Assembly: GCA_964589665.1 (NCBI GenBank)
Contig: CAZPTM010000001.1
Coordinates: forward strand, 1 to 48,237
Source of the DNA: an uncultured Limnohabitans sp.
GTDB lineage: Bacteria > Pseudomonadota > Gammaproteobacteria > Burkholderiales > Burkholderiaceae_C
Direction of reading: 5' to 3'
Length of the DNA: 48,237 nucleotides
A model generated the notes under the pieces. The model was not told where the DNA came from, searched no databases, and worked only from the letters and a program-made list of their open reading frames with translations. A program made the position numbers and the translations under genes. Shown piece after piece: positions 26,355 through 36,688 of this stretch. How positions within the stretch are numbered: position 1 is the stretch's first letter; every line of letters begins with the position of its first letter.

Positions 26355-27784
26355 AGCGAATGGCCGTGAGCGTCCCCATGCCCCAGTGGATTCGCACCCT
26401 GGGGGTTCGGGTCATGCCGTTTGCCGATGTGGCCTCCACCGAATGGCCGGTGTCGCGTCTGATTCGGCTTTCGTTGTTTCAATGGGGCATTGGCCTGGTG
26501 ACCGCCCTGCTGGTGGGCACACTCAACCGCGTGATGATTCTGGAATTGCAAGTCCCGGCTTGGTGGGTCGCGTTGTCGGTGGCCTTGCCCATGGTGTTTG
26601 CGCCACTTCGGGCTTTGATAGGTGACCGCAGCGACACCCATCCCTCCGCGCTGGGCTTGCGCCGAATCCCTTATTTGTGGATGGGCAGTCTTTTGCTGTT
26701 TGCTGGCCTGGCCATACTGCCCTTTGCCTTGCTATTGCTTTCCGAAGGCAATGGCCATGGCCTCTGGCTGGGTCGTCTGGGCTCCTGCCTGGCCTTTTTG
26801 CTCATTGGGGCGGGGCTTCAAGTCACCCAGACAGCGGGCATGGCCTTGGCCAACGATGTCATGCCCGAAGACAAGCGCCCGCGCATGGTGGCCTTGCTCT
26901 ATGCCATGCTGCTCATCGGCCTCATCTGTGGCAGCGCGGCCTATGGCTGGCTGTTGCAGGACTTTTCTCCCAAGCGACTCATTCAGGTGATCCAGGGAAC
27001 AGCTGTCACCGTGATGGCGGTCAACCTGCTGGCCATGTGGAAGCAAGAAGCACGCGGCAACAGACGTGGTTCGCGTGAAGCTGGGGGCTTTGGTTTGCGC
27101 TGGCATCGCCTCATGCGTGAGCCCCACATGCGCCGGTTTTTGTGGACCGTGGCTTTGGGCACCATGGCCTTTGGCATGCAGGATGTGATCCTTGAACCCT
27201 ATGGCGGAGCGGTGCTGAACCTGAGTGTGGGTGACACAAGCTGGCTCACCGCCCAGACGGCATTGGGCAGCCTGATCGCCTTCAGCCTGAGCGCCCACTG
27301 GTTGAGCAAAGGCCTGCACGCCTGTCGCCTCTCTGCCCTTGGGGTGATCGTGGGCATGCTGGCCTTCCCCTGTGTGATTTTTTCTGCACCGCTTGACGCC
27401 GCCTGGGTGTTCCAGCTCGGCGCCATGCTGATTGGCTTTGGCAGTGGCCTCTTCGCCGTGGGCATGCTCGTGACTGCCATGGAATTCGGCGATGCCACCC
27501 TCAGCGGCCTGGTCATTGGCGCTTGGGGTGCCGTGCAAGCCACCGCCAATGGCGTGGCCATGGCCTTGGGTGGGGGCATACGGGATCTCGTTGACAGCCT
27601 GGCCATGTCGGGTCAGTTGGGTGAGGTGATGCAGTCGCCTGTGACGGGCTACAGCTTTGTCTATCACCTGGAGTTGTATTTGTTGTTTGTGGTGCTGGTG
27701 GCGTTGGGTCCCATGCTCAGGAAACCCCCCACCCTTACCCTCAAGCGGTCTCACCGTTTTGGCCTGGCCGAGTTACCGGGCTGA
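26351..27784 (+). CDS. lhaA: LH1 assembly protein LhaA (PucC family)
   Basis: PFADVAS, RLSLFQ, GTLNRVMI.EL, QDVILEPYGG, GAWGAVQAT; between bchM and puhA. Confidence 0.92.
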   Translation: MKRMAVSVPMPQWIRTLGVRVMPFADVASTEWPVSRLIRLSLFQWGIGLVTALLVGTLNRVMILELQVPAWWVALSVALPMVFAPLRALIGDRSDTHPSALGLRRIPYLWMGSLLLFAGLAILPFALLLLSEGNGHGLWLGRLGSCLAFLLIGAGLQVTQTAGMALANDVMPEDKRPRMVALLYAMLLIGLICGSAAYGWLLQDFSPKRLIQVIQGTAVTVMAVNLLAMWKQEARGNRRGSREAGGFGLRWHRLMREPHMRRFLWTVALGTMAFGMQDVILEPYGGAVLNLSVGDTSWLTAQTALGSLIAFSLSAHWLSKGLHACRLSALGVIVGMLAFPCVIFSAPLDAAWVFQLGAMLIGFGSGLFAVGMLVTAMEFGDATLSGLVIGAWGAVQATANGVAMALGGGIRDLVDSLAMSGQLGEVMQSPVTGYSFVYHLELYLLFVVLVALGPMLRKPPTLTLKRSHRFGLAELPG

Positions 27785-27817
27785 AGCATTTCGTCCCATT
27801 CATCAAGGAGAAAGATC

Positions 27818-28582
27818 ATGGGAACTGGAGCAATCACGCAATACGTCGATGTTGCGCAACTCGTGCTTTATGCGTTTTGGCTATTTTTCTTCGGCCTGAT
27901 CTATTACCTCGTGCGTGAAAACCACCGCGAAGGCTACCCCATGGACAACGGACGCGATGAGGGTGGCCCCCGCATCGAAGGTTGGCCGCCTGTACCTGCC
28001 TCCAAGACTTACCTCCATGAGGATGGTCATGTGACCCTGAGCCCAGACCCGAATCGGCCTGATGGCGTGCACCAAAGCCAGCCTGCTCATCGCTGGAATG
28101 GCGCACCGCTTGAGCCTGTGGGTAACCCGCTCACGGCAGGCGTGGGACCGGGTGCTTGGGCACAACGCGCCGATGTGCCCGACCGCACCCACCATGGTGA
28201 AGCCAAGATCGTGCCCTTGCGCGTGGCAAGCGACCACGGTGTGTCACATCGCGATGTCGACCCCAGGGGTTTGCCCGTTTGGGGCGCTGACCATGAGCAA
28301 GCGGGTGAAGTGGTGGACTTGTGGGTGGACCGCTCCGAAATGATGTTCCGCTACATCGAAATGAAGTTGCCCGATGGCTCGCGTCGCCTGGTCCCCATGA
28401 CCTTTGCCCGCGTCAAGCGCGACGGCGTCCACGTGCATGCCTTGCTCGCCCATCAGTTTGCCAATGTGCCGCTCACGCGCTCGCCGGAGCAAGTCACTTT
28501 CTTGGAAGAAGAAAAGATTTGTGCGGTGTTTGGTGCTGGCACCCTATACGCCACACCCGATCGCATGGAGCCCTTGGTGTGA
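27818..28582 (+). CDS. puhA: Reaction centre H subunit
   Basis: TGAITQYVDVAQLVLY.FW.FF.GLIYYL.RE..REGYP, GVGPGAW, DLWVDRSE, LEEEKI; AAGGAG RBS. Confidence 0.97.
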   Translation: MGTGAITQYVDVAQLVLYAFWLFFFGLIYYLVRENHREGYPMDNGRDEGGPRIEGWPPVPASKTYLHEDGHVTLSPDPNRPDGVHQSQPAHRWNGAPLEPVGNPLTAGVGPGAWAQRADVPDRTHHGEAKIVPLRVASDHGVSHRDVDPRGLPVWGADHEQAGEVVDLWVDRSEMMFRYIEMKLPDGSRRLVPMTFARVKRDGVHVHALLAHQFANVPLTRSPEQVTFLEEEKICAVFGAGTLYATPDRMEPLV

Positions 28583-29250
28583 AAGCGATTCACGAACACG
28601 AGTGGGAAGCCGCGCCGGGTTTGCCCGAGGCCTTGCCCCAGGGCGAAACCTTGCTGTGGCAAGGTCGTCCCGATGTATGGCGACTCGCCATCGGCGCCTT
28701 CCATGTGCGCAAGGTGACGCTCTACTTCGTGATCCTATTGGCCTGGCAACAGATCAGCCTCATGAGCGATGGCCTGCCTTGGACAGACCGCCTGATTCTG
28801 TTGGTGCAGTCGTTGATGCTGGCCCTCATCCCCTTGTGCCTGCTGGGCATAGCGGCCTGGTGGGCTGCCAGCACCACGCTGTATTCGGTGACCAACAAGC
28901 GCGTGATCATGCGCATTGGCATCGTGCTGAGCCTGACCCTGAACCTGCCTTTTCGGCGACTGCTTGCGGCCGACCTCAAGCTGAGCCAAGGCGGTCACGG
29001 CGACATTGCGCTGGCCTTGCCCGATACCGACCGCATTGGTTGGTTCCATTTGTGGCCGCACCAGCGCGCCTGGCATGTGCGCCACCCCCAACCCACCCTG
29101 CGTGCGGTCCCGCGTGCGGCTGAAGTGGGCGAGCTGATTCGCGAACATTGGCAACGCGCCTTGTCCGATGCCACCTTGCGACAACGCCACAGCGCCATGC
29201 AAACCCAAACGCCCACCTGGAACCACAACCAAGACCAGGTAGCCGCATGA
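28579..29250 (+). CDS. puhB: Photosynthetic complex assembly protein PuhB (GTG overlapping puhA stop)
   Basis: EHEWE..PGLPE.LP.GE.LLWQG.P, Y..TNKRV.MRIGI, LWPH.R.W. Confidence 0.92.
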   Translation: MKAIHEHEWEAAPGLPEALPQGETLLWQGRPDVWRLAIGAFHVRKVTLYFVILLAWQQISLMSDGLPWTDRLILLVQSLMLALIPLCLLGIAAWWAASTTLYSVTNKRVIMRIGIVLSLTLNLPFRRLLAADLKLSQGGHGDIALALPDTDRIGWFHLWPHQRAWHVRHPQPTLRAVPRAAEVGELIREHWQRALSDATLRQRHSAMQTQTPTWNHNQDQVAA

Positions 29251-29699
29251 GCAGCAACACCCACCCCATGGCCAAAACTCGGCTCAATCCGGTGCTGGGG
29301 GCTGGCGTGTTGCTGATTGTCGTGCTCGGCCTGATCGCGGTGGGCAAGCACCAGCGCGATGACGCGCCCGTCTTGCACCAGGAGGTGCGCCAGGAACGGG
29401 CCTTGCATTTTTCCGATGGCCCCCAGGGCGAGGTGCTGATCATCGATGCCCGCAAAAACGAAACCATTGACGCCTTGCATGGCGAGCAAGGCTTCTTGCG
29501 CCAGACCCTCCGGGCACTGGTGCGCGAGCGCCTGCGCCGGGGACTGGACCAGCGTGAGCCGTTTTGGCTGCAGGAATTGCCCAATCGCCACCTCGCACTG
29601 TTTGACCCATTGACCCAGACCCGCATCGACCTCATGGCCTTTGGACCGAGCAACAGCCAGGTTTTTGCGCGCTGGCTGCAAACCCCCACACAACCTTGA
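29247..29699 (+). CDS. puhC: Photosynthetic complex assembly protein PuhC
   Basis: Single N-terminal TM; GF.R..LR.L.R.R, DP.T..RIDL.AFG..N. Confidence 0.9.
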   Translation: MSSNTHPMAKTRLNPVLGAGVLLIVVLGLIAVGKHQRDDAPVLHQEVRQERALHFSDGPQGEVLIIDARKNETIDALHGEQGFLRQTLRALVRERLRRGLDQREPFWLQELPNRHLALFDPLTQTRIDLMAFGPSNSQVFARWLQTPTQP

Positions 29700-29712
29700 A
29701 CGAAAGTGCCCC

Positions 29713-30789
29713 ATGAACATGTCCACCACCATTGAGTCCGTCGACGACGCCAATTCGCGTGCGGTGCAAAGCCATGTTTTGAGCCCGCGCTTTTACACCA
29801 CCGACTTTGAAGCGATGGATCGCATCGACGTCTCTGCAGTGCGCGAGGAATGGGACGCCGTGATGCAGGAGTACGAGGGCGACAACAACCACGACCACTT
29901 CCAGCGTGATGCCGAATTTGCCCAAGAGCTCGCTCAGTGCCAGACCCAATGGACGCCGGAGCTCAAGCAAGAGTTGCTGGACTTTTTTGTGAGCTCACTC
30001 ACCTCCGAATTTTCTGGTTGCATCCTCTACAACGAAATCCGCAAGAACGTCAGCAACCCCGACATCAAGCAACTCATGACCTTCATGGCACGCGACGAAT
30101 CACGCCATGCCGGCTTCATCAACCAGTCTCTGCGCGACTTCAACCTGGGCATTGACCTCGGACAACTCAAGCGCACCAAGGCCTACACCTTCTTCAAACC
30201 CAAATACATCTTCTATGCCACCTACTTGTCTGAAAAGATTGGCTATGCGCGCTACATCACCATCTTCCGCCAACTCGAGCAACACCCCGAGCTGCGCTTT
30301 CATCCGATCTTTCGCTGGTTTGAACGCTGGTGCAATGACGAATACCGCCATGGTGAGTCTTTCGCCCTGATCATGCGGGCCAACCCTCATTTGTTGCGGG
30401 GCCTTAATCTGCTTTGGGTTCGCTTCTTCTTACTGGCGGTCTACGCCACCATGTACGTGCGCGATCACCGTCGCCCCCTCCTGCACCACGCCATGGGATT
30501 GGATTCCACGCAATACGACTACAAGGTGTTTCAGATCACCAACGAGATCACCCGCCAGGTGTTCCCGATTGGCCTGGACATCGATCACCCCTCCTTCCGC
30601 GATGGCCTCACGCACCTGGTAACCATCGCTGCGGCCTTTGACGACGCCAAGGCCAAAAAAGGCCTGATGGCCCGCGTCCAGCAAGCCTGGCACGGCGCGC
30701 GTGCAGCCGTTCAGTTTGTGCGCCTCTTTGTCTTGCCGGTCAAATCGCAAGCCTTGCCTGCACGCACCATCCTGAGGCCCACCTGGTGA
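29713..30789 (+). CDS. acsF: Aerobic Mg-protoporphyrin IX monomethyl ester cyclase
   Basis: [10 protein letters not shown]; di-iron ligand motifs EFSG, DESRH, EKIGY, DEYRH. Confidence 0.97.
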   Translation: MNMSTTIESVDDANSRAVQSHVLSPRFYTTDFEAMDRIDVSAVREEWDAVMQEYEGDNNHDHFQRDAEFAQELAQCQTQWTPELKQELLDFFVSSLTSEFSGCILYNEIRKNVSNPDIKQLMTFMARDESRHAGFINQSLRDFNLGIDLGQLKRTKAYTFFKPKYIFYATYLSEKIGYARYITIFRQLEQHPELRFHPIFRWFERWCNDEYRHGESFALIMRANPHLLRGLNLLWVRFFLLAVYATMYVRDHRRPLLHHAMGLDSTQYDYKVFQITNEITRQVFPIGLDIDHPSFRDGLTHLVTIAAAFDDAKAKKGLMARVQQAWHGARAAVQFVRLFVLPVKSQALPARTILRPTW

Positions 30790-31547
30790 TGAACATTGCC
30801 TGGCCCATGGTAGCGGCGGTCATGGCTTGGTGGCTGGGTACGGGCGTGATCCTGTGGCTGGATCGCCAAGGACCGGTGGCCTTGCGCGCAGGTCTGGTGG
30901 TCTGGAGCCTGCTTCTGCTCATGGCCTTGTATGGCGCGCGCATCAGCATGTCGACCCCCTCAAGTGCCCATGCCTACCTGGGGTTTTTCTCGGTCATTGC
31001 CATGTGGGGATGGCACGAATTGCTGTTTTTGTCGGGACGGCTCACCGGGCCGCGCCGCATCGCCATGAGCGTGGGCGCCACGGGTCTGGAGCGATTCAAG
31101 CAAGCCTTTGCTGCGGTGCTGTGGCATGAACTGGCGCTGGTGGCCAATGCCGCCTTGCTCTGGTGGATGCAGTCACAACAACCCAATCACGTAGCGCTTT
31201 GCACCTTTGGCCTGTTGTGGTGTTTGCGCCTGGTGGCCAAGCTCAATTTGTTTGTGGGCGTGCCGCTGGTGGGCGCGCAATACCTGCCTGCGCACTTGCA
31301 ATACATGGCGAGTTACTTTAGGGTGGCGTGTGTGGGCTGGTGGTATCGCCTCACTCTGGTTCTGGTCACTGCGGTGTGGGTGAGCTTGCTGTGGCAAACC
31401 CAGTCTGCTTCCGAAGCAAACTTCACCGGCTGGGTCTTGCTGTGCACCCTCTTTGGCTTGGGCATCCTGGAGATGCTCCTCATGGTCCTGCCATGGCCAT
31501 TGCAACAACTGTGGGGCTGGATGGTTCGCCTGCCCGATCCGACATGA
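30789..31547 (+). CDS. puhE: Photosynthetic complex assembly protein PuhE
   Basis: WW.GTG.IL, WGWHE..FLSG..TGPR, WHEL, AKLNLF.GVP, LP.HL.Y..SYF. Confidence 0.9.
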   Translation: MNIAWPMVAAVMAWWLGTGVILWLDRQGPVALRAGLVVWSLLLLMALYGARISMSTPSSAHAYLGFFSVIAMWGWHELLFLSGRLTGPRRIAMSVGATGLERFKQAFAAVLWHELALVANAALLWWMQSQQPNHVALCTFGLLWCLRLVAKLNLFVGVPLVGAQYLPAHLQYMASYFRVACVGWWYRLTLVLVTAVWVSLLWQTQSASEANFTGWVLLCTLFGLGILEMLLMVLPWPLQQLWGWMVRLPDPT

Positions 31548-33079
31548 ACGCCTACGCCCGCGAACCGCAACAACTGGGCACCTGGCTGGCGCAAGACACC
31601 CGCCCTAAGGCGGTGGTGATCGGCACCGGCTTTGGTGGGCTGGCCGCGGCCATCCGCCTACATCACAAGGGCTATGCGGTGAGCCTGTATGAAAAGCTTG
31701 ATGCCCCGGGTGGCCGCGCTTATGTGCACCACCAAGACGGCTTTGCTTTCGATGCTGGCCCCACCATCATCACCGCGCCGCATTTGCTCGAAGAACTGTG
31801 GGCATTGTGCGGCCAGCGCATGCAGGACGATGTGACATTGGCCCCCATGGACCCGTTCTATCGCATCTTTTTCGACGACGGCGAACACATCGACTTCCAC
31901 CACGACTCCCAGCGCATGCGTGACGAAGTGATCCGACTCTCACCCAATGATGTGGCCGGATACGACCGATTTGTCGAGGTCTGTGACCGCTGCAAGACCC
32001 TGGGCTTTGAGGGCATGGGCACCAAACCCTTTGACCACCTCTGGGACCTGATTGAAGAGATCCCCGCCTTTTTGCGCATGGGCGCATGGCGCAGCCTCTA
32101 TGCCCAGGTCAAGCGTCATGTGCGCCATCCCAACCTGCGCGTGGCCTTGAGTTTTCATCCGCTGCTCATTGGCGGCAACCCCATGAAGGTCACCGCAGCC
32201 TATGCCCTCATCCATTCGTTGGAGCGAACCTGGGGGGTGCATTCGGCCATGGGAGGAACCGGCGCCATCGTGCGTGGCCTGGTGCGGTTGATCGAGGACT
32301 TGGGCATCCCCATTCACTACAACGCACCAGTGACGCAAATCATGACCGAGTCAGGTCGTGCCTGTGGAATTGAACTCGCCAATGGCCAGACTCAGCGCGC
32401 CGACATCGTGGTGAGCAATGCCGATGTGGTCTGGACCTACAAGCACCTCGTGCCCAATTCAGATCAATCGGCATGGACCAACTTCCACCTCGACCATGCT
32501 CACCACTCCATGGGCTTGTTCGTCTGGTACTTTGGCACGCGCCGCCGCTACGACCACTTGCCCCACCACAGCATGGTGCTCGGCCCGCGCTACGAGGGTT
32601 TGCTGAAGGACATCTTTGTCCGCAAGCAACTCAGCCGTGACTTCAGCATCTACCTGCATCGCCCCACGGCCACAGACCCTAGCGTTGCCCCATCGGGATG
32701 CGATGCGTTTTACGCCTTGGTCCCTGTGCCCCACCTGGGCAGTGGCACCGATTGGCGCTTGCAGGCCGAGCCCATGCGCGAGGCCTTGCAGCAACGCTTG
32801 AACGACACGGTGTTGCCGGGTTTTGCCAAAGAGATCATCACCTCTCGTCTGGCCACGCCCCAAACCTTCGAGCAGCGCCTGTGGTCTCACCTGGGGGCGG
32901 GCTTTGGGCTGGAGCCCCGATTGGTTCAAAGCGCCTGGTTCCGCCCTCACAATCGCAGCAAATCGCTGCCTGGCCTCTACTTGGTGGGCGCGGGCACACA
33001 CCCCGGAGCGGGCGTGCCGGGCGTCTTGATGTCAGCCAAAGCTCTGGAACAGGTGGTGCCCCATGTGGTCCAACGATGA
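31544..33079 (+). CDS. crtI: Phytoene desaturase
   Basis: VIGTGFGGLAAAIRL, FDAGPTIIT, FHPLLIGGNP, YLVGAGTHPGAGVPGV. Confidence 0.95.
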   Translation: MNAYAREPQQLGTWLAQDTRPKAVVIGTGFGGLAAAIRLHHKGYAVSLYEKLDAPGGRAYVHHQDGFAFDAGPTIITAPHLLEELWALCGQRMQDDVTLAPMDPFYRIFFDDGEHIDFHHDSQRMRDEVIRLSPNDVAGYDRFVEVCDRCKTLGFEGMGTKPFDHLWDLIEEIPAFLRMGAWRSLYAQVKRHVRHPNLRVALSFHPLLIGGNPMKVTAAYALIHSLERTWGVHSAMGGTGAIVRGLVRLIEDLGIPIHYNAPVTQIMTESGRACGIELANGQTQRADIVVSNADVVWTYKHLVPNSDQSAWTNFHLDHAHHSMGLFVWYFGTRRRYDHLPHHSMVLGPRYEGLLKDIFVRKQLSRDFSIYLHRPTATDPSVAPSGCDAFYALVPVPHLGSGTDWRLQAEPMREALQQRLNDTVLPGFAKEIITSRLATPQTFEQRLWSHLGAGFGLEPRLVQSAWFRPHNRSKSLPGLYLVGAGTHPGAGVPGVLMSAKALEQVVPHVVQR

Positions 33080-34133
33080 ACGCATGACGCCCGACTTCGA
33101 CCACGGGGACTTGCAGGCCTGCGTGGCCATGATGCAAAGCGGCTCCAAAACTTTTTTTGCAGCCAGCCGATTGCTGCCCTTACGCGTGCGCACGCATGCC
33201 ATCGCCCTCTATGCCTTTTGTCGTGTTACCGATGACCTCATAGATGAGCGACCCATCGAATTAGCCCCCGTGGCGGTGAGCGAATTGCACCGTCGGCTCG
33301 ACGCTATCTTCCGAGGCGAACCGGGCAATGCGATTGAAGACCAGGCCTTGAGCTTGGTTGTGCAGGAGGTCCAATTGCCGCGCCTGTGGCTCGATGGCCT
33401 GATCGAGGGCTTTGCCTGGGACGCCCAAGGCAAAGCCTGCGATACCTTGTCGGACCTCCACCACTATGCTGTTCGTGTCGCGGGCACGGTGGGCACCATG
33501 ATGTGCTGGATCATGGGCCAACGCGATGCCGTGACCCTCTCTCGCGCCTGTGAGCTAGGTGTAGCCATGCAACTCACCAACATCGCGCGCGACATTGGTG
33601 AGGACGCGCGCAAAGGACGCACCTATGTGCCCCGTGAATGGTTCCGTCAAGAAGGCTTGGATGCAAACGACTGGGTGAAAAACCCCGTGTTCACGCCGCA
33701 GGTGGCGCGCCTCACGCAGCGCCTGCTTGACCATGCCGATGGAATCTATGCGCAAGCGCAAGCGGGCATCGCCTCGCTACCCGCTGATTGCCGGGCTGCA
33801 ATTCATGCAGCGAATCTGATTTATGCGGAGATTGGGCACCAGCTGCGCCGTGAAGGCCTGGATTCGGTGAACCACCGCACCGTGGTGAGCCCCTCACGCA
33901 AGATGGTGCTCTTGCTCAAGGCCTGGACCCAATCGGCCTGGATCTGCGTTGAAGATGAACCGGCAACCACCCTGCCCGAAATCGAACCCATGATCACGCC
34001 GTGTGTGGGTGTAGTGGCAGGTCGTTTTGTGAGGCCACAACGCAGCTTGGGTCAGCGCGTCGACTGGGTGATGAACCTCATCGAGCGGCAGGAAAACCTC
34101 AAGCGTCGGCGTTCGATCAGCGGCGTCGGTTGA
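33063..34133 (+). CDS. crtB: Phytoene synthase (alternative start 33084)
   Basis: GSKTFFAAS, YAFCR..DD..D, VAGTVG, LGVAMQLTNIARDIGED. Confidence 0.95.
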   Translation: MWSNDERMTPDFDHGDLQACVAMMQSGSKTFFAASRLLPLRVRTHAIALYAFCRVTDDLIDERPIELAPVAVSELHRRLDAIFRGEPGNAIEDQALSLVVQEVQLPRLWLDGLIEGFAWDAQGKACDTLSDLHHYAVRVAGTVGTMMCWIMGQRDAVTLSRACELGVAMQLTNIARDIGEDARKGRTYVPREWFRQEGLDANDWVKNPVFTPQVARLTQRLLDHADGIYAQAQAGIASLPADCRAAIHAANLIYAEIGHQLRREGLDSVNHRTVVSPSRKMVLLLKAWTQSAWICVEDEPATTLPEIEPMITPCVGVVAGRFVRPQRSLGQRVDWVMNLIERQENLKRRRSISGVG

Positions 34134-34292
34134 GCCAGTTGGCAGCCTTGAAGAGGCAAAACACCACATCAATCCAAATGAAGAAGTGTTTGATCTCCAT
34201 GTGGCTTGATTTTTGATTAAGTTGAATTCCGAGATGGCGCGGCGCTGTGCATCAATGCGTGCATGAACTGGTCATCGATCGACAAAAAGGCG

Positions 34293-35228
34293 TCAAGCGC
34301 GCGTCTTTCTGGGCATGCGCCAAGGCAGCATATGCTGAACCAAGGGATGCGTCAGGCGCGGAACCGACAAAGATTCGTGAAAGGCCATCACCTCTTGGCC
34401 TGCATGGGTTTGCGACACCAGCCCCCGTTGGTAAAAGGGGGTGTCTTCCAGGGTTTGGATGGCTCGCGCGGGCGCTTCGCTGCGCACTTGACGGGCGACA
34501 CGCCAGCGACTGGGCGGGAGCGACCACGCCGGCACCTCGTCTAAGGCCTCGATGCTGCCGTCCTTGGCATAGCGAAAGCGCAGCAGCCGATCGGGATGTT
34601 CGGCTCCGTGCATGTCGTAGTTCACCAGCGTGCTGCCATCGGGCAAGAGCGCGCGCGACCAGTCCCACATGGTAAAGCCCGCATCGATGGGCTCGGAGCC
34701 CTGGTTCGCATCCAAATAAGCCTGTCCACGCCAACTCAAGTCGGGACGCTGGAAATTCACCTCGATGTGGGCCTGCGTGGCTATCGGTCCCCAGCCGTGG
34801 CGTTCGTCGGCATCGAGGGCATGCACCTGCGGATGCAGAGCCTGAGGCCAGATGCGCACCTCGCCTTGCAGCACATGGGGCAGGGGCACACCGCGTTCGT
34901 TGATTTGAAAGCGCAGGCTTTGACCATCCCATTCGATGTGACTGGGACCCAATTGAAATGCGCTTGCCGTGCGATGGCACAGGTCTTTGCCACGTTCGGT
35001 CATGGCCCAGCGGTGATGAGTGGGGTTGTAGAGCGCCACGTTGAGTGCGCAGTGGTCTGTGGGGTCACCCAGCCCGTTGCGGTGTGCGCGCCGGTAATAG
35101 GGCGAGAACACACTACCGACAAAGGCAATGAGGGTCAGGCCATATTGACCGCATTGACTCAGCGCGTCGACATACCACCATAAGTAGCCTCCTGAGACCA
35201 AGGGTTGGTCAAACCGAGGCTCTCCCAT
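34293..35228 (-). CDS. crtC: Carotenoid 1,2-hydratase (hydroxyneurosporene synthase); start likely 35228, overlapping crtD 3' end
   Basis: PRFD, GGYLWWYVDALS, FVGSVFSPYY, WAMTERG, WDWSR, EDTPFY.R, MLPWRMPR. Confidence 0.92.
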   Translation of the reverse strand: MGEPRFDQPLVSGGYLWWYVDALSQCGQYGLTLIAFVGSVFSPYYRRAHRNGLGDPTDHCALNVALYNPTHHRWAMTERGKDLCHRTASAFQLGPSHIEWDGQSLRFQINERGVPLPHVLQGEVRIWPQALHPQVHALDADERHGWGPIATQAHIEVNFQRPDLSWRGQAYLDANQGSEPIDAGFTMWDWSRALLPDGSTLVNYDMHGAEHPDRLLRFRYAKDGSIEALDEVPAWSLPPSRWRVARQVRSEAPARAIQTLEDTPFYQRGLVSQTHAGQEVMAFHESLSVPRLTHPLVQHMLPWRMPRKTRA

Positions 35229-36688
35229 ACGGCCTCTGCCGCACGTTGCCCCGACATCGCGGCCATGGGAACCCCCGGTCCCGGATGGACACCACCGCCC
35301 GCCAAATGCAGGCCCGCTATTGGCGTCTTCGCGCCGGGTCGAGCAAAGATGCTCATCCAGCCGTGCGTCGTCTGCCCATACAGGGCGCCCGCCGAGGCCG
35401 GGAAGCGCTGATGAAAGTCCCTGGGATCGCTGCGCACCATGGGATGTCCCTCGAGGTGCAAGCCGTGTTGACTCATTCGGCTGAAACTTGCTGATTGACA
35501 TTGCTCTAACTCCTCTTCGTCAAGCGCCTGATCCCCCATCGCTGGCGCATTGACCAGACACAGCAAACGCTCGCGATCCGGGCGTTCTCCAGGTCTTGAC
35601 CAGGGTCTATCCTGTGCACAGACGTACACGGTGGGATCGCGGGGCAAACGACCCTCGTCAAAGATGTCTTCGAACTCGCTCGCGTAATCGTCCTGAAAGA
35701 ACACGTTGTGCCGATCGAGGTCGCACGAACTGGTCGGGATCACCGCCGACCAGGTGACTGCTGAGAGGGACCGCTGTGGGGCTGCTGTTGGCACCGCGCG
35801 GCGCAGTGGTTGACCCAACAGACCTTGACGCAAGGCGGAGGGATCGCCATTAAAGACCACGGCGTCGGCGGGCAGGCGTTGTCCATCAGACAAGATCACG
35901 CCATCGACGCGGTCATTGCGCAAGTCGATGCGCTCGCATCCACGCCCAAAATGACATGTCACCCCGCGTTGCTGCGCAAGGCGCAACAGCGTTCGCGCCA
36001 AGCCATGCATGCCGCCCTCCACGCTCCAAACGCCGTCCATCTCGACTTGGGCAATGAGCATGAGGGTGGCCGGGGCTTGCCAAGGTGAAGAGCCACAGTA
36101 AGTGGCGTAGCGACCAAAAAGTTGACGCAAGCGCGGGTGGGTGAATTCGCGCTGCAGTTGTTGCCAAAGGCTGCGCATGGGTCCGAGCTGGGCGAGTACG
36201 CCCAAGCCCGAAGCACCCAGGCGAGCGGTCAACCCTGCCAGGCGCGGCGCATGTGCACACATGAAGGGTTCTTGCAAGATATCGTATAGCTCGCGGCTTC
36301 TGCGGCAAAAGCGGCGGAACTGTTCGGCAGCCGGCGCACCACCAAAGCGCGCCATCTCGACCTCGCTGGCCTCGGGGTCGGCCAGCAAGTCGACCTGCTC
36401 CCCATCGGGCCAAAAGTGACGCGCCAGAACCGACAGGGGTCGCAGCGTCAACTCGGCATCTAGCGAAGTGCCGCACTGATGGAGGATTTCATCAAACACC
36501 CAGCGCATGGTCATCACCGTTGGACCGCTGTCGATGGCCAGGCCATCTACGGTGCGCGTGTGTATCTTGCCGCCCGCCTGCATGCTGATCTCCACCAACG
36601 AGACGTTGAGACCACGCTGGGCAAGCAACAGCGCGCTCACCAGCCCGGCGATGCCAGCCCCCACGACGACCACGCGCGACTCAGCCAT
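35159..36688 (-). CDS. crtD: 1-hydroxycarotenoid 3,4-desaturase
   Basis: VVGAGIAGL, DSGPTVMTM, LFGRYATYCGSSP, AGGGVHPGPGVPMA. Confidence 0.94.
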   Translation of the reverse strand: MAESRVVVVGAGIAGLVSALLLAQRGLNVSLVEISMQAGGKIHTRTVDGLAIDSGPTVMTMRWVFDEILHQCGTSLDAELTLRPLSVLARHFWPDGEQVDLLADPEASEVEMARFGGAPAAEQFRRFCRRSRELYDILQEPFMCAHAPRLAGLTARLGASGLGVLAQLGPMRSLWQQLQREFTHPRLRQLFGRYATYCGSSPWQAPATLMLIAQVEMDGVWSVEGGMHGLARTLLRLAQQRGVTCHFGRGCERIDLRNDRVDGVILSDGQRLPADAVVFNGDPSALRQGLLGQPLRRAVPTAAPQRSLSAVTWSAVIPTSSCDLDRHNVFFQDDYASEFEDIFDEGRLPRDPTVYVCAQDRPWSRPGERPDRERLLCLVNAPAMGDQALDEEELEQCQSASFSRMSQHGLHLEGHPMVRSDPRDFHQRFPASAGALYGQTTHGWMSIFARPGAKTPIAGLHLAGGGVHPGPGVPMAAMSGQRAAEAVWESLGLTNPWSQEATYGGMSTR

